Assembly: GCA_002254565.1 (NCBI GenBank) | Contig: NJEG01000030.1 | Coordinates: forward strand, 1-50,740 | Direction: 5' to 3' | Length of the DNA stretch: 50,740 bases | From: Candidatus Altiarchaeales archaeon ex4484_2 | GTDB lineage: Archaea > Altiarchaeota > Altiarchaeia > IMC4 > QMZM01 | Shown: positions 38,591 through 48,040 of the stretch, one piece after another | Layout of the letters: the number at the start of each line of letters is the position of its first letter | How positions within the stretch are numbered: position 1 is the first letter of the stretch | Program-made: the position numbers and the translations under genes | Notes under the pieces: model-generated | The model's database searches: none | What the model was told of the DNA's origin: nothing | What the model saw: the letters and a program-made list of their open reading frames with translations, nothing else

Positions 38591-39517
38591 TTATTTTTCC
38601 CTGAACCATTTAATGGTTTCCTGAAGTCCAAGATTTAGGTTTGTTGTAGGAGCCCATTTAAGTTCTCTTTCAGCTAATCCACAGTCAAGGCTTATGTTTC
38701 TGACCTCGCCTTTCACCGGTTTATCGTGGACTGCTCGGGTATCTGATTCAGCCAGATCCCTTAGTTTCCCGTAGATTTCATTGACGCTGGTTTCTATGCC
38801 CGTGCCTATGTTGAATATTTTATCCCGGGTTTTCTCTCTTAAGGCCTGAAGATTTGCTTTCGCAACGTCTTTTACGTATACGAAGTCTCTTGTCTGTTCG
38901 CCGTCACCGTAGATGAGGGGGGTTTCCTGATCCAGTATCTTTTGGGTGAATATGGCTACCACCCCCGCTTCTCCAAGCGGGTCTTGCCGTGGTCCGTAGA
39001 CATTGGCGTAGCGAAGGGATGCATAATCTAGATCGTGGAGCTGATGGTACATGCCCAGGTATTTTTCAAAAGCAAGCTTGGAGACCCCGTAGGGGCATAA
39101 CGGCGCCTCAGGTTGGTCTTCTTTCGCCGGCAGGTGTTCGGGTTCCCCGTAGATTGCACCCCCAGTTGAGGCGAAAACAATCTTTTTTATGTCGTATTTC
39201 CTGCAGCATTCCAGTAGGTTTATTGAACCCAGGATGTTGACCCTGGCATCGTGTACCGGGTTTTTCACGGAGTCCCGAACATCTATGTGAGCCGCCTGAT
39301 GCACCACCCAAGAAGGCTTCTCTTTCTCGAAAACATCCCCTAGTTTACTCTGATTACATATATCTACTTTATGGAATTCTGCTTTAGGGTTGACGTACTC
39401 CAAAAAGCCGTGGCTTAGGTCGTCTACTACCGTAACCCCGTAGCCTTGATCTACCAGCAGGTCCACAACATGCGAGCCAATAAAACCCGCCCCACCAGTA
39501 ACCAAAACAGAAACCAT
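38591..39517 (-). CDS. NAD-dependent NDP-sugar epimerase/dehydratase (GalE-like)
   Basis: VTGGAGFIGSH, ASTGGAIYG, YGVSK, RYANVYGPRQ and GDG.QTRDFVYV.D. Confidence 0.93.
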   Translation of the reverse strand: MVSVLVTGGAGFIGSHVVDLLVDQGYGVTVVDDLSHGFLEYVNPKAEFHKVDICNQSKLGDVFEKEKPSWVVHQAAHIDVRDSVKNPVHDARVNILGSINLLECCRKYDIKKIVFASTGGAIYGEPEHLPAKEDQPEAPLCPYGVSKLAFEKYLGMYHQLHDLDYASLRYANVYGPRQDPLGEAGVVAIFTQKILDQETPLIYGDGEQTRDFVYVKDVAKANLQALREKTRDKIFNIGTGIETSVNEIYGKLRDLAESDTRAVHDKPVKGEVRNISLDCGLAERELKWAPTTNLNLGLQETIKWFREK

Positions 39518-39562
39518 ATTAGATAAGAAATGGGAATCATAGGAAATAAAAGCCCTTCTTTT

Positions 39563-40351
39563 TCAGTATCTTTCGAGGTATTTTTGCGCGTATTCCGGTG
39601 CCTTGGTTATTGGTTCAGTGTCTTCTTCCCGGAAGAGGGAGGGCTGTACCTGGTTTGCTAGGCGTTTAAGCTCTTTCTCTCCGAGGTTTTGTAGGCGTTG
39701 GATGATTAATTGCTTGGGTTGGGGTGGAAGATTGTTTGCTGCTAGTATCTCTTTGTTGAATGGGAATTTTTTCTTGAGCATGAACATCAGATCATAGATG
39801 TCTCTGCCCCGTTTTCTATTCAGTAGGGCACATAATTTCTCTGTTATCATTGATGATTCAGTCATCACTGTTGCGGTGTAGTTGTATCCATAGAGGCTTA
39901 GTATGTGTTGTTTTGTCTCAAGATCCCAGTGTGGTTTGTTCACCTCCAGTTTTATCATCATATCCACTCCTCTCTGGTCTGTGATGTTGTATTGTTGCAT
40001 TATCTCGGTGAGGTTTATTTCTGCTGTATATAACGTTTTTCTTTTGGTGTATTGTGTTTCTGTTTTGAATCCTTCCAGTTGCAGGTTTCTTGCTGCTTCT
40101 TCGGTTATGTCTTTGATTTCTTTGTGTGTTAGTTTTTTGGTGTTGAAGTCAAGGTCTTCTGAGAACCGGGGCAGATGGTAGCAGTATCGTAGGGCTGTTC
40201 CTCCCATGAAATATAGTTTTTTCCCTTCTCTTGTTTTGTAGATGCTGTGGAGGATTATGTTTTGGAGGTATTCTCGTATTATTGCCCTGGGTTTGTTTTC
40301 CGGTAGCCCGTGTTCTTTTGCTTCCTGGGTTAGGTATTTGAGGGGCATCAT
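39563..40351 (-). CDS. AbiEii-family nucleotidyltransferase toxin (type IV TA)
   Basis: EYLQ..IL, FMGGTALR....LPRFSEDLDF and EK..A...R..GRDIYDL. Confidence 0.92.
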   Translation of the reverse strand: MMPLKYLTQEAKEHGLPENKPRAIIREYLQNIILHSIYKTREGKKLYFMGGTALRYCYHLPRFSEDLDFNTKKLTHKEIKDITEEAARNLQLEGFKTETQYTKRKTLYTAEINLTEIMQQYNITDQRGVDMMIKLEVNKPHWDLETKQHILSLYGYNYTATVMTESSMITEKLCALLNRKRGRDIYDLMFMLKKKFPFNKEILAANNLPPQPKQLIIQRLQNLGEKELKRLANQVQPSLFREEDTEPITKAPEYAQKYLERY

Positions 40352-40953
40352 TTTTTTAGTATCTGTTTTATTGTCTGGTGGGTTTTTTTGTTTAGTTTTT
40401 TTGCGTAGTTCATGGTTTTTTGGTGGGATATTTTGTTGAGTTGTTTTTTGTTGAATCTTTCTCCTTCATAGTCTTTTTGTCCTTGTCTGTTTCGGTGGTA
40501 GATGAAGTCTGCTAGTGCTTTCTCGGGTTCTGCGATTAGGGTCTTGTATCCCTGGATTTTCATTAGTTTGTATCCTGTGTATGCGTTTTTTTTGATTGTG
40601 TGGTAGGTGAATGTACCGTGTTTGTTTTTGATTGTCCTGGTGGGTTTGGTTGTGGTGGAGGTTGTGTGGGCTGTTTCTTCGGGTATTAGGTTGTAGAATG
40701 ATAGGGCGGTTTCGTGGGATATGTAGGAGGGCTGGTATAGTTTGTTGGCTAGGTAGTAGGCTGGGATGTTTTTTTCTTGGAGTAGGTACATGTTTTTCTT
40801 GATTCGTTGGATGTGTCCTTGTTTTACCCAGTTGTGTAGGTTGTTTTTGATGGTTTTTGGGTTGTTTTGGGGGTATAATGCTTCGATGTCGTATAGTGTG
40901 AATATTTCGAGTTTTTTTTCTTGTAGTTTCCTCTGGAAGCCGGGATAATCCAT
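40348..40953 (-). CDS. AbiEi-family antitoxin
   Basis: N-terminal wHTH, PSYIS.ETALSFY.LIPE and A.PEKAL.D; overlaps the toxin start by 4 nt. Confidence 0.9.
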   Translation of the reverse strand: MDYPGFQRKLQEKKLEIFTLYDIEALYPQNNPKTIKNNLHNWVKQGHIQRIKKNMYLLQEKNIPAYYLANKLYQPSYISHETALSFYNLIPEETAHTTSTTTKPTRTIKNKHGTFTYHTIKKNAYTGYKLMKIQGYKTLIAEPEKALADFIYHRNRQGQKDYEGERFNKKQLNKISHQKTMNYAKKLNKKTHQTIKQILKK

Positions 40954-40989
40954 TTCAGTTAATCATAATATATTAGGACTTACTGAAAT
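40952..40989. promoter_or_regulatory. Inverted repeat over abiEi start (autorepression operator)
   Basis: Arms ATTTCAGTTAATCATAAT and ATTAGGACTTACTGAAAT, 15/18 complementary. AbiEi is known to repress its own promoter through inverted repeats. Confidence 0.7.
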
Positions 40990-41034
40990 AAAAATAGATT
41001 GGTTTTTCCCATCAGAAAACGAAAAAACAAACAA

Positions 41035-41082
41035 ATGCGAGCCAATAAAACCCGCCCCCCCAGTAACCAACACATCCTCCAT
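41035..41082 (-). pseudogene. 5' stub of NDP-sugar epimerase
   Basis: MEDVLVTGGAGFIGSH, after which homology stops. Confidence 0.85.
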
Positions 41083-41287
41083 AGTTTACATCTATGAAGC
41101 ACAAAAATAAATAAAGACGATTTTAACGGGGTGTTGTGTTTTTTGCTTTGAGTTTCTGGGGGGGTTTAACAACGATGAGCTCGTGGCTGTAGGTAGCAGC
41201 CTGAGAACATCAGAGAAGAGCTTGGAGATAGATAGTAAAGAACTAGGCACCTATCCCCGTAATTTTTATTTAATACTCAATAATAAC

Positions 41288-41410
41288 ATGGAACAAAAAC
41301 TTCTGGATATACTCGCATGCCCCAAGTGTAAGGGTGATCTAGAGCTTAAAGGGGATCACCTTATTAAGGCAGGAAGTTGGGATTGTTGGATAATCGGATA
41401 CAAGAGGTGA
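41288..41410 (+). pseudogene. Truncated Trm112-family gene
   Basis: MEQKLLDILACPKCKGDLELKGDHLI, lacking the second CxxC and the YPI.DGIP tail. Confidence 0.7.
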
Positions 41411-41487
41411 CTAACTAGGTTCATAGATGAGATATCTGTTATTTAAATGACAAAGTATTTATAAATAATGGATATTATAATATCAAT

Positions 41488-42855
41488 ATGGATCTATCAC
41501 TCCAAAATCCATGGTGGAAAAATCCTAATGTAATCGAAGATGATGAGAAGGTGGAGGAGGCACTAAACAAAAAACAAAAGGTTACCTATCCCTTCAACCT
41601 GACCCAAAATACATTAGTTCTGGGTCCAAGACAGGTTGGAAAAACAACCATGCTAAAACTCTTCATCCATGATCTGATCAAAAGGGGTGTAAATCCAAGA
41701 GATATTTTATACTTCTCTTGCGAGCCATTGAGTAAAAAGCAGGATATAATCGAGGTTTTCTCGGATTTTGATAGAATTTCCATAGAGCTGAAGGGAAGGA
41801 AATATTTATTTTTGGATGAGGTCACCCAGATTAAAGACTGGGAGTTAGCAATAAAATACTTTCTCGAAACTAAACTTTCTAAGAACAAGATACTTGTTAC
41901 AACAGGTTCTAATGCTCTTTTACTAAAAAAGGGATTAGAGAGGTTACCCGGGAGGGATCTAAATGTAAGATTGTTCCTTCCTCTGAGTTTTAGGGAATTC
42001 CTATTAAATTTTGCAAGTAGGGAATTAAAACAAGAATTGAGAAAAAGCACAGTAATATATGAAGATCTCATGAATATGGAAAAATTAAATTCCATGGCTG
42101 TAAAATTATCGCCCTTCCTGGATGAGATCAATGCAAGGTTATATATCTATCTGAAAACTGGGGGTTACCTAAAGCCGATATACGAGCTCCTTGAAAATAA
42201 TTATATACGGGAGGAAACATATGAGATCTATGTTAAATGGATTCTCGGCGATCTGAGTAGATTGGACAAGAGAGAATCCATATTCAAATCCATGGTCAAG
42301 GGGGTAATAAAAAACTATTGTTCAAAATTTTCCCTGCTATCATTTGCCAAGGAGATGGAGATACCCTCTCATGTAACGGTTTCAGAATATCTTGAGGGTC
42401 TTCAATCCTTGTTATTGGTGAATAATCTCTATCAGGTTGATTTGAGTAAAAAACTTCCCATCTTTAGAAAGGAGAGGAAATGCTATTTCATCGACCCATT
42501 CCTTTACAATGTGTTTAAGGGCTATTCCCTTGGAAGATATCAGGATTACTCAGAGGATTCAGAGGATAAACTACTCCAAGGAGTTGTGTGTGAGGCACTG
42601 GCGAGACTTAACAGGCAGTATCTTGACATAACTCATTTTCTCTGGTTTTATACAAAGAAAAAGGAAACCGACTTTGTTCTAAAAATCGATAATTCTCTTA
42701 CTGGAATTGAGTTGAAATTCAAGGATAAAGTAGAGAAGAGGGATTTTTCAAACCTCTATTCTTTCAAGGATAGAATTCTATTGAGCAAAAAAGACTTAAG
42801 TTTCGAGGATAATCTTCTTATCATGCCAACTGGTTTGTTTTTGAGTCTGGTTTAA
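41488..42855 (+). CDS. AAA_14 plus DUF4143 ATPase (C-terminal nuclease-like domain)
   Basis: QNPWW, GPRQVGKTT, FLDEV, TGS, LPGR, GGY, K.YF.DP and E.DF....GIELK. Confidence 0.9.
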   Translation: MDLSLQNPWWKNPNVIEDDEKVEEALNKKQKVTYPFNLTQNTLVLGPRQVGKTTMLKLFIHDLIKRGVNPRDILYFSCEPLSKKQDIIEVFSDFDRISIELKGRKYLFLDEVTQIKDWELAIKYFLETKLSKNKILVTTGSNALLLKKGLERLPGRDLNVRLFLPLSFREFLLNFASRELKQELRKSTVIYEDLMNMEKLNSMAVKLSPFLDEINARLYIYLKTGGYLKPIYELLENNYIREETYEIYVKWILGDLSRLDKRESIFKSMVKGVIKNYCSKFSLLSFAKEMEIPSHVTVSEYLEGLQSLLLVNNLYQVDLSKKLPIFRKERKCYFIDPFLYNVFKGYSLGRYQDYSEDSEDKLLQGVVCEALARLNRQYLDITHFLWFYTKKKETDFVLKIDNSLTGIELKFKDKVEKRDFSNLYSFKDRILLSKKDLSFEDNLLIMPTGLFLSLV

Positions 42856-42872
42856 TTATTGCGGAAAAGAGA

Positions 42873-44054
42873 ATGAAAGGAATCAACTCCTACATCAACA
42901 CAATCCTCGGGGAAAGCGAAATCATCAGAAGCAGTGGGATGGTATTCGGAGCCAGCCTCCTAGGCAGCATCATATTATTCATCGCAAACCTCATTCTCTC
43001 CAAGCACTTCGGACCTGAAGGCTTCGGTAACTTCAAAACAATCATTAGTTTATTTCTCCTCCTTCCTGCATTGATTGAATTTGGTGCAGGGGTTACCCTC
43101 ACCAGATACATAGCCCAATTCTCTAACAAAGAAGAAATCAATTACTTGGTTAGATGGTTCTTGAAGTTGAGAATCATTTCCTACCTGCTTTTATTAAGCA
43201 TCATATTCATCCTAAGGGAGCAGGTAGCTCTTTACTTCTTGAAAGACCCATCTCTCGCTTACCTGATACTACCGGGTATTTTTTTATCCGGATTCATTTT
43301 CTTCAATATTTTCAAATTCATCAGCCTAGGATTCCAAAACTTCAAGCTATACTCATTCTCACAATTCCTAACTCCAGCATCTACGGGTGTATTAACCATA
43401 TTCTTTGGCTACTTTTTTGGTGTTTATTATGCCATAATAGGGTGGGGTCTGGGCTATTTGATAGGTAATCTACCTAATATCAGGTTCTCATTCACCGAAA
43501 AAATCTTTGAAAAGACCAGGGTAATTGATGTCAAAAAGATATTTCTCGGGTATAGCATCCCCCTCCATCTGATGATAATCCCTGGCTTTCTTGGTATCGC
43601 CGTGGTACCAATTCTGAGCCTGTTTTTCTCACAGAGATTAATCGGCTATTATGCCTTCGCAATGATATTCTATCAGGGAGTGCTTTTAATACCCGCCGCA
43701 TTATTCTCGGTGCTGCTCCCAAAATTTTCTGAACTAGAGGGGTCAGAGAACCTAAAGGAAGCGAGAACAAAACTCAGAAAGGTTTTTTTAACTTACACGC
43801 CAATCGTGGTCTTAGGAATCATTGCCTGCTTGTTGTTTTCTGAATTATTTCTCGGGATTATAGCACCCACCTATCTCCCCGGATTAATTTTATTCAAATC
43901 ATTAATCTGCTTCGGACTATTAGTGGGATACCTACTAATCTACAGAAGCTATTTAACAGGTTTAGCCAAGATGAAAAAACTCACCATACTAGTAATAATT
44001 CAAAATCTTTCATTGCTTGTGATAAGTTTCATTATTGTGGAGATGGCTAGTTAA
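42873..44054 (+). CDS. Oligosaccharide flippase (Wzx/MOP family)
   Basis: About 12 TM segments, GPEGFG, FG....LTRYIA, IGYY..A and LLPKFS. Confidence 0.85.
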   Translation: MKGINSYINTILGESEIIRSSGMVFGASLLGSIILFIANLILSKHFGPEGFGNFKTIISLFLLLPALIEFGAGVTLTRYIAQFSNKEEINYLVRWFLKLRIISYLLLLSIIFILREQVALYFLKDPSLAYLILPGIFLSGFIFFNIFKFISLGFQNFKLYSFSQFLTPASTGVLTIFFGYFFGVYYAIIGWGLGYLIGNLPNIRFSFTEKIFEKTRVIDVKKIFLGYSIPLHLMIIPGFLGIAVVPILSLFFSQRLIGYYAFAMIFYQGVLLIPAALFSVLLPKFSELEGSENLKEARTKLRKVFLTYTPIVVLGIIACLLFSELFLGIIAPTYLPGLILFKSLICFGLLVGYLLIYRSYLTGLAKMKKLTILVIIQNLSLLVISFIIVEMAS

Positions 44055-44055
44055 G

Positions 44056-45840
44056 ATGTTAGGGATTAATATAACTGATCCTATAAAAAACAAAATGATT
44101 GAAAAATTAATTGTCAAAGCCAAATGTCAGTTAAATATAAAAAAAGATATAAACGTAGTAATATGGCTATCGCTTGTATTTGGTTTATTGATTTTTGTTC
44201 TAACAGTTACTAACTACCAGATTACTTCAATTCCTCTTGATGCTGATTTTGGTTTAATCTCAGTTCTACCATGGAGCTGGTGGTTGGCTTTTTCACTAGT
44301 GATTCTAGCAGCGTTACTATGTGTTTTCCACAAAGTTACCGAAGTTCAATATTTTATGTGCATATCTAGCTTGATAATAGTATTATGGTTAACCCCCATT
44401 TTTATCGAACCATATCCTCGAGTTTCAGATAGTTATTGGCATACTAGTACCTCATTATCGATTTTAGAATATGGTTATGTTAATTACGACGTCATATATT
44501 CCACCTCACGTTATTCTTATCTCCAATTCCCTGGTTTTTTCATTCATATGGCCTTGATAATGGAACTAACTGGGCTAGTGGACACCATAAATGGGCAGAT
44601 GATATTTATCCACTATTTTCCCATTATAGCCTGTTTAGTCACAGCAATCACAAGTTACGTTATGTTTAAACGTTTTTTAGGCTACGAGAGAGCAAAACTT
44701 GCGACACTTATTTTGTTCTTGAGTAACGTTTACATGCAATTCCACGTCTCACCACAAGCTTATGGATTAATGCTTTTTCCTTTGGCTTTCATGGGAATCC
44801 TAAGTAATAATCGTAAATGGAATCTTATGGGTATTATCACAGGAACCACACTCATTGTTGGACATCCAGTTACAGCTTTAATATTAGTTGGTGTTCTATC
44901 AGTGGCTTTTATTGCTAGTGTGATAAATTCAAGGGTTTTTAAACTTACTGAGCAAGTCAAGGTTAGTGATAAATTTTTGGTAGTAGGAGTAATAGCATTC
45001 GCGGGATGGTTTTTCTTTATTGCTCAATCTTATTTTACATCATTGAGTAGAGTGTTAATGGATATTCTACCTATTAGAGAAACGATTATCAAAAGTGCAG
45101 TAACTACTCCCGCTAAGACTATCAATTTATCTCCCCCAATCCACGCTTCTAAACATACTTTTGGCGGTGGAGCAAGTATTGCATCGGATATTAGGGTAGT
45201 TATTATTCTTTTGTTGGCTATCGTTAGCATTTATGGAGTTTATGAGCTTTATAAGCGTCGTAATAAATTTTCATCAATAATAATTGGGTTCGGAGGTTTT
45301 AGCGTTTTATTTTATATAATAAATTATCTCACTCACCAAAATTTCTCTGACCGAGCAGTGATGGTATTTTTCTATGGTTTGGCTTTTCTCATCCCATTGA
45401 TAGTATTAAAATCAACGAGAGAATTCTCAGATAAAATTATCTCCAAAAACCGATTGACGTTTTTAGCATTAATCTTGATTATGATGATGGCAACACTTTG
45501 CTCGTTGACTCTCTATTATCAAGAAGGTTCACAAATTTTCAATAATGAGCACATTGATGGCTATGTGTATGCATGGGATATTGCTTCTCCCAAAGAAAAA
45601 ATTTGGGGTAGGTTTTTTTCTCCCATGTATATCATGAATCCAAAGAGGGAGGTAAAAGCATCTCGGTATTATTCGAATCCCGACATTATTGCGTTCAGCA
45701 AGATGGCGCACCACAGATATAGATGGTTAGGACGAGGGAGTGGGTATCTAACATATAAATTAGAAATAGAGAAGCATAATGCATTTTCTAAAGTTTATCA
45801 AAACGATGAGTTCGAGGTCTGTGAAGAGTGGACAAAATGA
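44056..45840 (+). CDS. Polytopic membrane protein of glycosylation locus (GT-C/polymerase-like)
   Basis: Many TM segments with D.YWH, Y..FPGF, SPQ, H..T and a terminal KVY.N motif. Start chosen at ATG 44056. Confidence 0.65.
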   Translation: MLGINITDPIKNKMIEKLIVKAKCQLNIKKDINVVIWLSLVFGLLIFVLTVTNYQITSIPLDADFGLISVLPWSWWLAFSLVILAALLCVFHKVTEVQYFMCISSLIIVLWLTPIFIEPYPRVSDSYWHTSTSLSILEYGYVNYDVIYSTSRYSYLQFPGFFIHMALIMELTGLVDTINGQMIFIHYFPIIACLVTAITSYVMFKRFLGYERAKLATLILFLSNVYMQFHVSPQAYGLMLFPLAFMGILSNNRKWNLMGIITGTTLIVGHPVTALILVGVLSVAFIASVINSRVFKLTEQVKVSDKFLVVGVIAFAGWFFFIAQSYFTSLSRVLMDILPIRETIIKSAVTTPAKTINLSPPIHASKHTFGGGASIASDIRVVIILLLAIVSIYGVYELYKRRNKFSSIIIGFGGFSVLFYIINYLTHQNFSDRAVMVFFYGLAFLIPLIVLKSTREFSDKIISKNRLTFLALILIMMMATLCSLTLYYQEGSQIFNNEHIDGYVYAWDIASPKEKIWGRFFSPMYIMNPKREVKASRYYSNPDIIAFSKMAHHRYRWLGRGSGYLTYKLEIEKHNAFSKVYQNDEFEVCEEWTK

Positions 45841-47172
45841 AAAAACTTCATATTTACATATCAAACATGTGTAGTGATGATAATAAAGGTGATTTGGCTA
45901 TTTTAGACAGTACAGTCAAACTTCTAAGGAACATATGGCCAGAATCAATCATAATGATTCAGAATGTAGACTATTCTTTAGAAGATATAGAAAGACTGAA
46001 ACTAAATCGCTGGAGCAAAAGGATTGTGGATAAGTATTTTGGCTCTTTTTTTTCCAAGAATCTTTGTAGCCTCTAAGTCTAGTACAGCACGTTCCTTGTT
46101 AATTGGAATATTAAATTTTTTAAGGTCATTAGGGCTTATCTTTAGTGCTGTTTTGTTCCGATATACAGGATTTAAAGGCATATTACTCTTCTCTAACAAG
46201 GAGCAATGGGAAGCTCTGGTAAGTAGTGATTTAATATTGATGAAAGGGGGAAGCTATATATTTAGTTATGGGAGATGGAAAGATAATTTATTTATATATA
46301 GAATGCTATTAACTCCCCTTTTAGGAGTATTACTTCGAAAGAAAGTTGTTTTTCTCTCCCATTCTATTGGGCCAATTAATGGAAAAATCGAGCGATTTTT
46401 GACCAAGTATGTTTTAGGTCGAACAAGGGCTATAATATTGAGGGAGAATCTATCTTATGAATATGTTAAACATGATTTGAAACTCAATGGTCCCTTAATT
46501 GATGTGCTTCCAGATTTAGCTTTTTATACGGAATCACAGGGAATAAAAACTTATAAAATTTATAAAAAACAACCACTAGTTGGTTTTACTATTAGGCATT
46601 GGGATTTTCCTCAAAAAAAGGATCCATACAGTTATTTTGAAAAATATATCTCGGGAATAACTGAGATAATAGACTATATCAGAAAAGATTTTAATGCTAA
46701 AATTTTACTTATTCCCCATTGTATGGATGACATAGTGGTAATGCAACAAATATATGCCAAGTTTAAAAATCCTGAAAATATTTTTATCATACAAGAAGAT
46801 TACTCCTTAGTCGAATTAAGAACTCTTTTAGGATCACTGAGTATCCTTATTGGCACAAGAATTCACTCAAACATTCTTGCCATTTCAGAAGCTACACCCG
46901 TAATTCCTGTAGTATATGAAGTTCATAAGGGTTATGGAATTATGCAAATGGCTGGGATAGAAAAAGAGTCTATCTTTGAAATTTCCAACTTAGATGTAGC
47001 AACATTAAAAAGAAGAATTAAATACTTATTGCAAGATACTTCTAATTTTCACGAAAGAAAATGTCTTTATGCAAAAGTAACTTCCTTAAGAGAGGATATT
47101 CCAAAAAAAATAGAAGGGTATTTGAAAGGAGTTTTGTGTAACCAAAGATTGGAAATGGGGAAAAATGATTGA
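45828..47172 (+). pseudogene. Polysaccharide pyruvyl transferase (WcaK-like), split by +1 frameshift at T8 tract
   Basis: The first ORF carries NKGDLAI; the second carries GGSY, SIGP, LRE..S, PDLAF, GTRIHS and YE.HK..G. The frames cross at T8 (46046-46053). Confidence 0.85.
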
Positions 47173-47393
47173 GGTATCGGTGAATTGTTGATATACTGTT
47201 TATTGAAAAATCTACGCTTGCTGTCGATTAGCTATTCCTGAAAGTCTAGAACAGCATCCATTGATATTGGTTTATTAGGTCGTCATATCATAGTCAACTA
47301 TAAACATAGGGGGTACGACTATGATAAACATAACAACTCTTGGAACCCAAAAATAAATTTTTGCCTGTCCAGCTTGTTAGTATAAAAAATATT

Positions 47394-48035
47394 CTATCTA
47401 GAAAGGAGCACCATATAAGTCTCTGCTATAGTTCCTAATATGGGTTTAACATCTATCAAGCTTAAATTTGCACGCTTTAATTCTTCCTTCAAATTACTTG
47501 GAGTTATTGGATACCAAGCCCCCTTATTACCCCTAATCATAGTCATTATCCCTCTAAGAAAGCCTTTTACTGAATAGGGGTTGTAATAAGATATTACTAT
47601 CCATTTTTTGGTTACCCTCCTCATCTCATTGAGAATTCCCACCCTAAGCTGAGGAGGCACATGTCCCGTAAAGCGTATTGATACGATACAATCAAAAGAA
47701 TTATCTCTAAATGGTAAAGCTTCTGCATCACAGACAACAGAGTTTATCTTCCCAACTTCAATCCCTTTTTTAGAAACATTAATCATATCCCTGGATATGT
47801 CTGCATCGACAACCTTAAAACCGCTTTCAATTAGTACTTTAGTTATTCTCCCAGTCCCACAGGGTAGGTCTAGTATAGTTTCAATATCATTCGAATGTTG
47901 TTTAAGTATATTTATCACCGTTTTCTTTTCCAAATAATCGACGAATTTTCCCATAAAACTAGAGAATCTCACTTTCTCATATCTTTCTGCCACAGAAGTA
48001 TTCTGATACGCTTCTCTCGCATTATATGACTTCAT
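47394..48035 (-). CDS. Class I SAM-dependent methyltransferase
   Basis: ILDLPCGTGR, DIS..M and DAEALPF.DNSFD. Confidence 0.9.
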   Translation of the reverse strand: MKSYNAREAYQNTSVAERYEKVRFSSFMGKFVDYLEKKTVINILKQHSNDIETILDLPCGTGRITKVLIESGFKVVDADISRDMINVSKKGIEVGKINSVVCDAEALPFRDNSFDCIVSIRFTGHVPPQLRVGILNEMRRVTKKWIVISYYNPYSVKGFLRGIMTMIRGNKGAWYPITPSNLKEELKRANLSLIDVKPILGTIAETYMVLLSR

Positions 48036-48040
48036 AACAT

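Larger units (their letters stand above)
39470..41070. mobile_element. Candidate integrated AbiE cassette bounded by 36-bp direct repeats
   Basis: ATGCGAGCCAATAAAACCCGCCCC(A/C)CCAGTAACCAA at 39470-39505 and 41035-41070, 35/36 identical. Confidence 0.6.
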
